Positions 51,615 through 64,000 of a stretch of 64,000 nt of DNA are shown piece by piece. The notes under the pieces were generated by a model that saw only the letters and a program-made list of their open reading frames with translations, did no database searches and was not told where the DNA came from. Numbering within the stretch: the first letter of the stretch is position 1; every line of letters begins with the position of its first letter. The DNA is from Octopus vulgaris (lineage: Eukaryota), in NCBI GenBank assembly GCA_951406725.2, contig OX597815.1, positions 130,882,001 through 130,946,000 on the forward strand. Reading direction: 5' to 3'. The position numbers and the translations under genes were made by a program.

Positions 51615-52015
51615 TTGATTTAGCTCTATGTGACTTAAAGTTTCATAGGCTTCTTACAGAAACCTCACTCACTCAAACTCAGTTAACCAAACAAGGAGAC
51701 TCAGGAAGTTGAAGATGGCTACCAGAAACTGAACTGCTATTGCTGAAGGCAGTTCACATAGTATTGTTAGAAATGTGATTGGTATTTCAGCACCACCAAA
51801 TGCATTAGAAAAGAAAATTTCTTGGATGGCATGGCTGGAAAGATAGTCTCATGATGTCTTGGTATCTGGTTGATGTTCAAAGGAACTTGCAGGCCAGCAA
51901 GGGTTCAGCAGCCATCTTAGACTTCCTATATCTCACTGTTTGATTAACTGAGCTTGAATGAGCTGGGTTTCTGTAAGAAGCTTACAAAACTTTGAGTCAC
52001 AGGGAACCAAATCAA
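51615..52015. repeat. MITE-like element with ~105-bp imperfect TIRs
   Basis: ttgatttagctctatgtgac..gcttcttacagaaacc..aagatggct versus agccatctt..ggtttctgtaagaagc..gtcacagggaaccaaatcaa. Confidence 0.75.
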
Positions 52016-52086
52016 ATATTTAAATAATAATATATGTAACTCCTACAAATTGTGTTGAGAGTGACTTTTTCATTTATCCACACATT

Positions 52087-52158
<72 letters not shown>

Positions 52159-52775
52159 AGAACACATTTGGGTTGTGTTTCTAGTTTGAGGATACCTTCC
52201 TAGTTTACACACACATACACATGCACACACGCATGCACGCACGCATGCATGTGTGTTGGATTTATGTTTCTCTCCCACTGCCACTTGACAACTTGTATTG
52301 GTTTGTTTGCATCTCCATAATTTAGTGGTTCTGCAAAAATAACTGATAGAATAAGCCCAGCATGGCTGCAATCCAATGACTCAAGCAAGCAAAGATGAAT
52401 GATATTTATTTGTGGTCAATAAAAACGTATTAATCCAGCATGAGAGATTGGTTTAACTGCAACAATGTTGGACTATATGCCATGTAGTATGTCTTGGTTC
52501 TGGGTTCAAATCTTGCTGCAACTTACTTGGGCTGTAGATTTAATCCATCTCTTTTAGATTACCATCATTTGGATCTATAGTGGGATCAACTTTGTTGCAC
52601 ACATTTGAATCATGTTTCTAGTATGAGGAAACCATCTTCCCTCCATCCCTGAAGTCTTGCAGATCCTGTAAAAGGGTCATGGACACTGCTTTTCCTCTTC
52701 ACTATAAAGTTATAAAAAAAAAAGGGAGAAATTCTGTCCTGCCTCATCGCCCTTTGATGTATAGCCCTTTGTGTG

Positions 52776-53035
52776 AAGGCATGTGGCTTGATGGTTAAGT
52801 ATTCGGTTCACGATCATAAGGTCACGAATTCGATTCCTCTAAATGAGTTGTACCTGTAATTCAAAGGTTAGCCTTGTAGCATTCTGTGTTATACTGAATC
52901 TCTTTGATAATTACGTTAAGGGTATATATGTCTGTGGAGTGCTCAGCCACTTGTACATTAATTTCCTGAACAAGCTGTTCTGTTGATCAGATCAACTGGA
53001 ATGCATGTCTTTGTAATCAGTGGGGTACCAGTTCT
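52776..53035 (+). mobile_element. tRNA-headed SINE variant
   Basis: gaaggcatgtggcttgatggttaag..gaattcgattcc head. Body also present, diverged, at about 33940-34080 and 36820-36990. Confidence 0.55.
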
Positions 53036-53079
53036 TTCCATATTTATTTGCATAACCGTGAAGAGATTTTGAACCCAAC

Positions 53080-55006
53080 AATAATAATAATAATGAAATT
53101 ATTGTATACAGTGCTCAGGTGCACCACAGCTTGTCGAAAGTGAACATAAAGCATATGCAGTAATGTACAGATGTCTGGAAAGTGAACAAGTATATGAGTC
53201 AGATACATGCATGCATGTGTATGGAGGGGAGAAAATCAGGTGTAGTGTTGGTGAATCTCAGGAAGCATGGAAGTTTTGAAGGATGCAGTGCTCCAACAAC
53301 TAACAACTGATGCTGGCAGTTTGTTCCATACTTCAGCAACTCTTAGCATGAAAAAATGTTTCTGAAAGTCATGGGAGCTGTGCTGTTTTCTAACTTTGTA
53401 TACACGTCCACGGCTGTTAAACAGGTGGAGTTTGAAAAGGTGCACAGAGCTATTGTTAGTAAGATGGTTAATAATTTTATGGATGTCTGCCAAGTCAGCT
53501 ACCAGACGTCGGAGTTTCAATACATCCATGCCCAGGGAAGTGAAGCATTCAGAATATGGCAAATGCCTGATGGTGAGTATTCTCTTGGTTGCACGTCGCA
53601 GAACGGTTTCCAGATGATTAATATCCTGGGCAAGATAGGGGTTCCAGATGCAAATTCCAGGTGAGGCTGCACCATAGCTATATAAAGCCTCAGATAGATA
53701 GCTGGAGAGCGGCTCACAAAGGACTTGGTAAGTGATGCCAAGACACCCTCAGCCTTCTTGGCAATTTTAGCAATGTGTTTTGTCTCCTATGCAAATCGCT
53801 GTCGACAATAATGCCCAGGTCAAAGACATTTTGTGATTTGTGTTGTGGAGGGAGTAAGTAGACACTGGGTTTTAACTCCCAAAATGCATAGTGATACATT
53901 TGTCCACAGCCAGCTTGAGTTGCCAGTCCATGATCCATTGCTGCATTGTGTCCAGGTCTGATTGCAATAAAGATCTATAGTGTACAGGATCTGTCCTCTT
54001 TATTTCGAAGTACAGCTTGATGTCATCTGCATATTTCAGCACTGTGGCATTCTTTAAGTTGGCATCTATGTCATTAATATATGCAACAAATAAAAGGGGG
54101 CCAAGAACAGATCCTTGTTGTACACCAGATGTCATCTCATAGGGTGAAGAGTGCTGTCCTACAACTGTGACAGCCTCTTTTTGGCCGATAAGGAAGGACT
54201 TCAACCAGTTATAGAGATCATCTCTTACACCCATTGCAGAGAGTTTCACCATAAGTCTTTTGTGTGGCACAGAATTAAAAGCCTTAGCAAAGTCCAGGTA
54301 AACAACATCCACCCAAGAGCCACCATCAGTGATTTGGGTAATGTCCTCAAGAAACTCAATGAGTTGATTACAGCAGCTGGAATTAGGAATAAATCCAAAT
54401 TGTGACGGCCGGATGAGGCTGTGAGACTTCCAGAAGTTCAAGAGAGTTTCTCTGACACAGGATTCCATCAGTTTGGTGATGCAGCTAGTATGACTGTCGG
54501 GGCGATAGTTGACAGGTGATGTGCCCTCACCTTTTTTGAACAGAGGGATAACATTAGCAGTTTTCCAATGCTCTGGAGTAACACCATTGTCAAGACAGAA
54601 TTGAAAGAATAGTGAAGGTTGGTTCAGAAGAAAGTACCCACTGCGTTTCAGAAGTAGGTATGTAACACTATCGAGACCAGAAGAGGCATAGTTACGTTTA
54701 TTCTTAAAGTGGCGTTGTAGCATTGCTGGTGTAAATTTCATAGTAGTTATAGAGTCCAGTGTCAGAGGTGATGGAGATGGAACATTTTAATCTTTGACAG
54801 TAAAGATGTCTGCATAGCATCCAGCAATGATTTCTGCACATTCTTTGGGATTGTCAGTAATCTGGCCTGCGTGGGGATTACGAAGGGGGCTAACTGGAGA
54901 GTGAGGTCTCTGCTTTGAATGTACATACTTCCAGAACACTTTGCTGTCAGGGCTGGTTGCTATGCGCTATTCGAATTCAAGCACTGCCTTTTTTATCCCC
55001 TGCTTG
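53080..55006 (-). mobile_element. 5'-truncated CR1-clade LINE (RT pseudogene)
   Basis: ORF 53872-54741: WKTANVIPLFKKG..NYRP..QFGF..YLDFAKAFNSVPH..GVQQGSVLGPLLF..YADD..WQLKL. Frameshifted C-terminal ORFs and (ATT)n tail. Confidence 0.95.
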
Positions 55007-55867
55007 AGAGAGAAACTAATAAAACATTATTCAGTGATCTTTCAAGCTAATGAAACACGCGTTAATTATTCATTAATGTCGCATAATTTAGAGCGGGAAA
55101 CTGCAACCCGTTTCAAATACCTTCCGCGAAGACGATTTAATGCAGCATACTATGGTTAAGAAAATATTCAAGGGAAATAACTCTCAAACATGTTAAGGGG
55201 GAACTAATAGTATTTACGCTGTTATTTCCCTTTAACAAAATTTATTGTTGTTGCATTTATGAATCCTATCTTAAATTTTGAAGTCTATAAAGAAATCGAA
55301 GCAGATATTATTTCAGTCATTCATACATTATGATGCCAATTTCTACACAGAACTAGTTTCCAATGGGTTATCAAAGCTGGAGATTTTATGAATGCGTAAT
55401 ACATTCTTGCGATATGATAAACAGACTATATCTGAAGCCTGAGTTATTGTATGTAAGGGAGACAACTTTAGATTTTACAATGACCCTCACGTAATTTATT
55501 CCCTTCGAAAATATGGTAATTTTTGCAAATCATGAAATAAATTTGGGTGTTTTTGTGATATATTTCATTAATGACTCTTAAAAGGGACTTTTAGATTCAC
55601 TGAGTTTTGAACTTAGAAACGTAGAGCAATGTGATTTTATTTTATTTGTTGTGTTATTCATTGGAGAAGATGACAATGAATTAATTTGAGAAACCTGTAT
55701 ATCTAGCCACCAAATTTGAATTAGGTACCACTTATTATTTTCCTCCCAGTTTGTTTACTTTATTCGTATTTAGAATGTTTGCTCTTGAATCTGAGGAGCT
55801 AAAGAAGCCAGCTTAGGAAGTCCTGTTTTGCCACTGCCTATGAAGGAACAATAAAAAAATTTGCTTT

Positions 55868-56668
55868 TCATCATCATCATCACCACCACCACCACCATTA
55901 TCATCATCATCACTTAATGTCCGATGGTCTGACCAGAGCTGGCTAGCTGGGGATCTGCAGCAGACTCCAGCCTGATTTAGCATGGTCTCTACAGCTGGAT
56001 GCCCTTCCTAACGCCAACTGCTTTACAGAGTGTGCTGGGTGCTTTTGTGTGACACTGCATGGCTGCTTTTACCTGACACTGCATGGGTACTTTTCTGTGG
56101 CACCGCACGGTGAGGTGTGTGTGTTATGTGACACAGCACAGGCGCTTTTAAGTGTTGCCACTCAGGTGCTTTTATATGTCACCACACAGGTGCTTTTACG
56201 TGATACTGCTTGGGCACTTTTATATGGCACCACCACGAGTGCTGTATACCACCTGATGGATTGGTCTTAATACTTCTACTGCAGAGTATGGTTCTTCTTG
56301 AGTACAACAGGGTGCCAAGCATCTTGGTCCTTTGTCATCTTGCCTGAAAGATTCAGCATTCTGAGGTCATTCTTCAGTACTTTATCCCATATCTTCTTGG
56401 GTCTCCTTCTTCCATGTGCTCCATCTACTTTGAGAGTTTGGCACTTCTTTATGGAGCCATTGGCATCCATCCACATCACATGACCAAACCAGCACAGTTT
56501 TCTCACTTGAACATAGCAACCAATTTCTCTTATGCCTAACTTCTCTCTCAGAATGCCGGCATTCTGTCGAACATGTACACTTACATTACACATCCAGCGG
56601 AGCATATTAGCCTTATTCTTTTCTAACCCTTGCATGTCCTCTGCATTCAGAGCTCATGTCTCACAACT
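55868..56668 (-). mobile_element. Diverged RTE 3' fragment with a ~22-bp tail array
   Basis: ORF 56276-56635 (NMLRWMCNVSV..LCWFGHV..GRRRPKKIWD) plus the shared terminus. Confidence 0.85.
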
Positions 56669-56811
56669 ATAAATTTTAGAAAAAGCTATTTTAAATAAGC
56701 ATCTTAATTCCATTTAACATAAAAAGCTTTGATCACTTGTGATTGCTCATGCAGCCAGGAGAGAATTGCTCCCTGTAGCACAGTTTCATCATCATCCTTG
56801 TCATCATTGTT

Positions 56812-56849
<38 letters not shown>

Positions 56850-59800
56850 TTAACATCATTCTTCCATGCTGGCATGGATTGGATGACTCTATTGTGCTGT
56901 AATGTTTACTTTGGCATGGCTTTCTTGCGCTTGATGCCTCCCCTAATGCCAGCCACTCTGTAGAGCATATGAGGTTAAAGTATGAAAGTATGGGTAGGAA
57001 CAGGTTTATACAAGCAAGAAAGAGAATTTAAATTAAATCAATCAACTGAAGTTTTCAGAAAACAAAGGCAGTGCAGATTGGGACAGAACTAGTCTTTATA
57101 GCTACACAGTAAGAGCAATGTTCAAGATTTAGTCTTGTTATGCCTCCAAAGCAAAGCATATTCAATGTAGTTGACATGATTAAACTTGTACTGACCTCAT
57201 GGATAGAGATTCCAAAAAATACATCCAAAGGTTGTGCTGTATTATTTCCTTCGACAGCACAAAAGCTCATTCTCTTTCTGTCTTATATATTGTTCATTAT
57301 TATACATGAGACCTCAATGAATGCGTGTTTTTTTATATAGAACACTCCCTTAAAGTATGTTTCCCTGCTCCCTGTACTGGTGGCACGTAAAAAGCACCAT
57401 GGGAATGTGGTTGATACCAGTGCCCCCTGACTGTCCCCCATGCCGGTGGCATGTAAAAAGCACCACCTGAACATGGTCGATGCTAGTGCCCCCTGACTGG
57501 CTCTCATGCCAGTGGAATGTAAAAAGCACCCACTACACTCTTGGAGTGGTCAGCATTTGGAAGGGCACCCAGCTGTAGAAACCTTGTCAGATCAAATTGG
57601 AGCCTGATGCAGCCTCTGGGCTTGCCAGTCCTCAGTCAAACTGTCCAACCCATGCTAGCATGGAATGTAGACATTAAACGACGACGATGATGATGATGAT
57701 GATGATGATGAAACCATATTCCTGTTTCTTTTATAGTGTTATGTATACATATTCTGATCACTTCTGAGTCTTCTCAACTGAGCAGAACCTGGTTAACTGA
57801 AAAGGCTTCATAAGACTAAAACATGTCTATTACTTTCACCACTTGACTTTAAAGAACAGACCCTGTCCTAGCTACATGATTTTTATTTTCCCCAAACCTT
57901 CAATCAGTTGACTTTATTGGAGTTAACTCCCTTGTTTGTTACTTTAAGAATTTGAGCTCTGTTAATAAAAGTTTTTCTAAATCCTTGTGGGACTGAACCC
58001 AAACCATGTGGTTGGTAAGCATGCTGCTTACCACACAGCCACGACTTCCCAAATCAGTCATTGGACTGTGGTCATTTTGGAGCAGCCCCTTGAAGGGATT
58101 CTTTTAGCCAAGCTGATCACCTCCAGGACTTTTAAAGTTTGGTACTGAGTCTCTCAATCTCTTTTGCTGAACTTCCAACTTATGGGGACATAGAGAAACC
58201 AACACTAGTTGTCAAGCAGTGGTGGGGAAACAAACATAGACACAAAGATATGCACATACACATACACACACATACATGCACACACATACACACACATATT
58301 TATACATATGGTGAGCTTCCGCACAGTTTCCATGTATCAGATTCACTCACAAAACATTGGTTAGCCATGGGGTGCTGTTGTAGAGGATGTTTGCTCAAGG
58401 TACCACCAGGTGGAATTGAACCCAAAACCTTATTGTTGTAGGGTGATCTTCTTAATATTAAATGATTATGACAATGACAATGACAACGATGAAACATTCC
58501 TAGTGGGAGCTTTTGTCTCCTAGCAGCATGAGTAATTGCAACTAACTGAAGTTTTCCAGTGCTCTACATTTCAAGGGATATCTTACCATACAAGACATGT
58601 TCAATGAAGTTAAATCTTTTACTACTTAAAATAGCCTTTTCAAAAAATTTTTAAATGACAAAGGGTCAAATGTTACTTATGAATAGATGTTACAGGATGG
58701 ATGATGGGGGTACACATTAGACATAACCCTACTCATCATTACAACTGTCTTTAGTTTAAACATGATATGAATAATCTTTTACTCATCCTTGCATTGACCT
58801 CTTGCTTGTGACTAGATCATAGCTAGAATGGAAAATATATGAGGACAGAGGTATGGTAGAGGTAGATTTCGTTTGTTAACCGAATCTAATTGAAGAAAAT
58901 CTTTTACTACATTTCGTTTATAGTTGCTTTTCTTCTTCATCATTATCATCATCATCATCATTATTTAATGTCTATCTTCCATGCTGGCATGGGTTGGACA
59001 GTTTGACAGGAGCTGGGAAGCTAGAGGACTGCCGTCCACTTTACTGAGTGGACTGGGTGCTTTTTATGTGGCACCAGCAATGGACATGGCACCAGTACTG
59101 GATTTGGCAATGCAAAAAAAAAAAAAAAGTGCTGGAGCAATGTCCCTCTTCATTTAGAACATAAAGTAATTTATTTACAATTCTGTCTTGTATATTACTG
59201 GTTTCACTCAAATGAATGAATCGTCATTCATTATACAACACTATCTTCTTCTTACATCAGTAAGCTCTCTGTATTCTGATGTACATATTTGCTTCTAGCC
59301 AAAGCAGACCATTGAGAATTAAGTGTTCTATTAGCAGGCACATGATACTGTAATGATGAATTGTTTAGTAATCAGTGAATAAGTTACTATCCTAATGCTA
59401 AGACTTCAGTCATCCAGGTATCTTAACACAACTCTCATGAGAGACATTGATGTGACTTGTGTTAAGAACTGCAATTACAGTAACTGATTGCTAATATGTA
59501 ATTTCATGTCAGGTGTTAAATATTTCATGCTAATGTCTTTTATTTTCTTTCAACAGTTCTATTGTTGGAGTTATAGTATTATGTATAAGAGTCGAGTTGT
59601 GTAATATGATTACGGAGATAAAATGTGCTAACCATTACAATAACATAACTGTAAATTAAATGTTGTCTGCTGAAAGTGTATAGATGTGTATGACATACTT
59701 AATAAATGTCTTTGGTACATCGAGCTATGATCTGTAACTAACCATAAATGACAATTATGATGTCTTTCAATAAACCATCAAACCAGAACTGCTGAAAAAG

Positions 59801-60436
59801 ATACTGGAAAATGATGGCACCAACCAAAATATTGTAACATTATCAAAACAGCAACAATGTAAAATGACAAGAGCAATGATGTGTAACGGGGAGCTGCTAT
59901 GCAATCACTTGATCAATTAGAATACAATATGTTAGCAAACCTAACTCATTGAAGAATTTAATTATAATGCAATATATAAGAAAATAAGACTAGATAGCCA
60001 TGGATGGAACACTAATCAAGCAATAAAATATCACCGTAGAATAGCAGGTGGATTAACACCAAGAAAAAGAAAAACATTCGAAAGCGGCAAATCAGTAAAG
60101 AAATACAACTGAATAAAATCTGCAAAGACAGGCAAAAACCAACACACAACACATACTTCCAAAGGTACAACACACAGCGTTTTATCTCACAACAAACAAC
60201 TTTGTTAATTCATTATGTGAACCTAACTGTAATGACTTAAACCACTTTATGGAGCTAAAGATTAAATAATTGAGTTGTGATAATCAAGAGAATTAAGATG
60301 TTTTTAATTAATTAATTTTCTATTTTCTTTTCACCAAGAGCAAAACCTTTTTATTTCTTAAAACAACAGAGTTGAAACTAATTTGTAATGGCAAAACACC
60401 TGGCAAGTTTAATAGATTTAACTAATTTAATAACAA

Positions 60437-60485
<49 letters not shown>

Positions 60486-60489
<4 letters not shown>

Positions 60490-61003
60490 CACCTCTGCCT
60501 TAGTGAAGGTGGAGGTATTGTTTTCAGTTGTGTTTGTTTGTTTGTTTGTTTGTTTGTTTGTTTGTCTGTCCATGGACAAGATATCTCAATAACCGCTGGA
60601 TGGATTTGAATGAAACTTTCAGGGATGTTTGGCCCCATGACTGGCACAAACTGATTAGACTTTGGGACTGATCCAGTACCGGACAAGAATTCTGGATTAT
60701 TCTTCATATTTTCTTTACTTTACATGTACATGTAAAGTTTCACATAGTTCTCTTGAGCATACACACACATACACATATATACTCAGACATTTTCAGTGTT
60801 GAACATTAGCATCCAATTTCCATTGTGCACACACACATGCAAACATACCTCTCTTTTACACACACATTTACTTACAATTCAAACACTGTTTATCGGCTTT
60901 TCCCCTCCTTCCTTTGTTATTCATCTGTCACACCTTCCTTTCTCATTCATGTGATGCTCTCTTTGCTATTTATCTCCTCTACCTTCACCTCTCACTCCAG
61001 CTC

Positions 61004-61051
<48 letters not shown>

Positions 61052-61344
61052 CTATATACATTCAAATATATAAAACGACAACACTCATTATTATATTAGG
61101 AGATTATACATACATTTTAACACTTTACAGTATACTTACATATATATATAATTCTATACATCAATCTAAAACAACAGGTTTACTAGAGGAAGACTGTAAT
61201 TTAAGAGAACAGAAAACCAAAAGGTCTCATGATATTCATTGAAGGATTTTATTTCAGATATTCTCACTTTAAAAATCATCTGTGGTTAATCATTGAGAGA
61301 ATGTTGGTGTTGCACCGGTGGAGGATTGCGCTCTCTGAGTGCTC

Positions 61345-61349
<5 letters not shown>
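60486..61349 (+). mobile_element. Second Helentron/HINE copy split by about 520 bp of inserted sequence
   Basis: 60486-60720 matches 51237-51440. 61246-61349 matches 51500-51602 and ends gcgctctctgagtgctcttgtt. Confidence 0.7.
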
Positions 61350-61387
<38 letters not shown>

Positions 61388-61393
61388 TATTGT

Positions 61394-61722
61394 GAAGGCC
61401 CGTGGCTCAATGGTTAGAGCGTCGAGCTTACAATCGTGAAGTTGTGAGTTTGATTCCTAGTTCAGGCTGCATGTTGTATTTTTGAGCAAGACACTTTATT
61501 TCACGTTGCTCCAGTTAACTCAGCTGTAGAAATGAGTTGCGATATCACTGGTGCCAAGATATATCGGCCCTTGCCTTTCCCTTGGATAACATGAGTGGTG
61601 TGGAGAGGGAAGGCTGGTATGCATGGGCGACTGCTGGCCTTCCATAAACAATCTTGCTTGGACTTGTATCTTGGAGGGTAACTTTCTAGGTGCAATTCCA
61701 TGGTCATTCATACCGAAGGGGG
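61394..61722 (+). mobile_element. tRNA-derived CORE-like SINE (third family)
   Basis: A-box TGGCTCAATGG, B-box GAGTTTGATTCC, ttgagcaagacactt CORE-like segment. Confidence 0.8.
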
Positions 61723-62749
61723 TTTCCCATCTTCATCATCATCATCGTCATTGTCCTTGTCGTTGTTGTCGTCGTTGTTTAACGTCCGTTTTCCATGCTG
61801 GCATGGGTTGGACGGTTTGACTGGGGACTGGCAAGCCAGGAGGCTGCACCAGGCTCCAATCTGTTCTGGCAATGTTTCTACAGCTGGATGCTCTTCCTAA
61901 TGTCAACCACTCTGAGAGTGTAGTGGGTACTTTTTATGTGCCACCAGTGCAGGAGCCAGTCAGGTGCTACTGGCATCGACCACGCTTGAATGGTGCTTTT
62001 TATGTGCCGCTGGCATGGGAGCCAGCCAGTCAGGCAGCACTGGCATCGACAAATTCGGACCATGCTTTTTATGTGCTACCGGCACAGGAGCCTGTCGGGG
62101 TGGGGGTGAAGGTAGGATGTGTGTATGTTTGTGTGGGGGGACTGGCATCGATCCCATTCGGATGAGATCTGGTTTTCATGCTTCAATAATATGGTCAGCT
62201 TTTTGGAGAAGTGCCATAAGATCTGGTAATTCTTATTGAAGTGGATGAATAAGGTAGAAGAGAACTGAAAGAACCCTGTCATATATCACCACCACCACCA
62301 CCACCACTATCATCATCATCATCATCATCATCATTTAACATCTGTTTTCTATGCTGGCATGGGTTGGACAGTTTGTCAGGAGCAGAATAACTGGAGAGCT
62401 GTACCAAGCTCCAGTTGTCTCTTTTGGCATGGTTTCTATGGCTGGATGCTCTTCCTAATGCCAACACCACTTTACAGAGTATACTGGGTCCTTTTTATGT
62501 GGCACCAGCACAGTTAATTTTTATGCGGTATATATATATATATAACAAAGTGGAGTTGTAGGGTACCGCACGAGTAGAATTTTCACCATTAGCATAATTA
62601 TCACAATAATAATCATTAATACCACTATTCAAATAATTAAACAAACAAACAAGCAGTTCACAGTTTTTACTAAAGTTTCAAACCCAAGGAGAATCGCCAA
62701 GATACTCAGCATTGTCAATAACTGGTCTGGTATTGCCATCTTATATATA

Positions 62750-64000
62750 CGAGGGACGTTCAATAAGTAATGCCTCTGACCCACTTGCATTTGTTTGATC
62801 TAGCTGAAATTTTGCATGTGCAATCATTTATATCTCTATAGAGTAATTGGCAAATTACAGCTCTGAACTGATTGTGGTTTCTGATTTACAGGTGTTTGAA
62901 CCGAGTCAAGTGTGAAATGGAGCCTGTTGAGTGTCGAGCAGTGATCCGGTTTTTGTATTTGAAAGGACGCACACCACGGGAGACTTTTGATGAAATGAAA
63001 GTAACTTATGGTGATGATGCCCCATCATATGACCTTGTAAAACGCTGGCATTGTGAATTCAAACATGGTCGGAACTCTGTGGAAACAGCTCCCAGATCTG
63101 GTCGCCCCTTCTGCCATTGATGAGGCATCTGTCCGTGAAGTTGAGGCTGCCATTTTGGAAGATCAATGCATAATTATTCGCCAAATAGCCCATAAGGTCA
63201 AGATTAGTACCGGGTCTGTGGAAACTATCATTCATGACCATTTGCATATGCAAAAGGTGTCTGCCAGATGGATTCCCAGGTTGCTCACGCCTTTCCAGAA
63301 GCAAGAACGCGTCGAGTGCTCGAGGGTGAATTTGGAGATGTGCCAAGAAGATGAGTCAAAATATTTCAAAAGACTGATTACACAGGATGAAACCTGGGTC
63401 CATCACGATGATCCAGAGACCAAAGCCCAGTCAATGCAGTGGAAGCACCGTGACTCACCCCCTCCAAAGAAGGCAAGGGTGCAGCCCTCCGCTGGCAAGG
63501 TCATGCTCACAGTCTTCTGGGACCAGGACAGAGTAGTGATGACAGATTTCCTGGCAAAGGGTACCACAATTGCAGGAGCCTATTATGCTTCACTTTTGAG
63601 GAAATTAAGAGAAGTTATCAAAATCAAGAGGCGGGGCTAGATCAGCAAAGGCATCCTCCTCCTGCAGGACAACGCTCCGGTCCACAACTCGCTTGTCACC
63701 AGATCAGAAGCACAGGCGTATGGCTATGAACTCCTCCCCATCCTCCTACTTTCCTGACCTTGCACCCTCTGATTTTCACCTCTTCCCAGTCATGAAGTTG
63801 TTTTTGAAAGGAAAGCATTTCCCAGATGATGCAGCCTTGATTTCTGAAGTCACGTTCAGGTTGGAGGACCAAGCTGGGGTCTTCTACAAAAACGGTCTCC
63901 AGAGCTGCATCAAACAATGGGAGAAATGCGTAACTCTGGGTGGTTCCTATGTAGAAAAAGACTAATAACTGTGCCAAGTTTCGTTGCTCTACTGCTATGG
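62750..64000 (+). mobile_element. mariner (DD34D) transposon; transposase 62917-63965 with two frameshifts and one stop; right TIR lies beyond the window
   Basis: TA|CGAGGG TIR start. MEPVECRAVIRFL, SARWIPRLL, ITQDETWVHH, LLLQDNA, YFPDLAPSDFHLF. Confidence 0.95.

Noticed and set aside
59557-59650. Strong acceptor-like tract ttttattttcttttcaacag
   Set aside because: The phase-0 frame stops after 15 codons and no good donor was found. It could be a terminal or non-coding exon, but this is unsupported.
61394-61470. Possible tRNA gene (also 30054-30120 and 7810-7880)
   Set aside because: A/B boxes are present but there is no intact cloverleaf, and the sequence continues into SINE bodies.

Overview
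Repeat-dominated, AT-rich animal genomic DNA, most likely an octopus (coleoid cephalopod), inferred from the tRNA/CORE and Meta-type SINEs, RTE LINEs with (GAT)n tails and very dense microsatellites. No intact protein-coding gene is present, and almost all of the supplied ORFs are microsatellite artefacts or decayed transposon fragments. Two phase-compatible candidate exons on the + strand (3569-3727 and 44953-45028) suggest that most of the window is intronic. Recognisable elements are RTE, CR1, R4/Dong-like and Penelope (GIY-YIG) retroelements, mariner and maT transposons, piggyBac-type MITEs, Helitron/Helentron derivatives and several SINE families. The most interesting signals are: (1) at least three unrelated non-coding repeat families with minimal hammerhead-ribozyme motifs, including a retrozyme-like HHR-internal-HHR unit and a tRNA-headed HHR element, several arranged as fold-backs; (2) an RTE family with a PHD-type zinc finger inserted inside the RT domain and a variable array of double-hairpin units in its 3' UTR. 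All calls were made by eye with no database search, and repeat boundaries are approximate.
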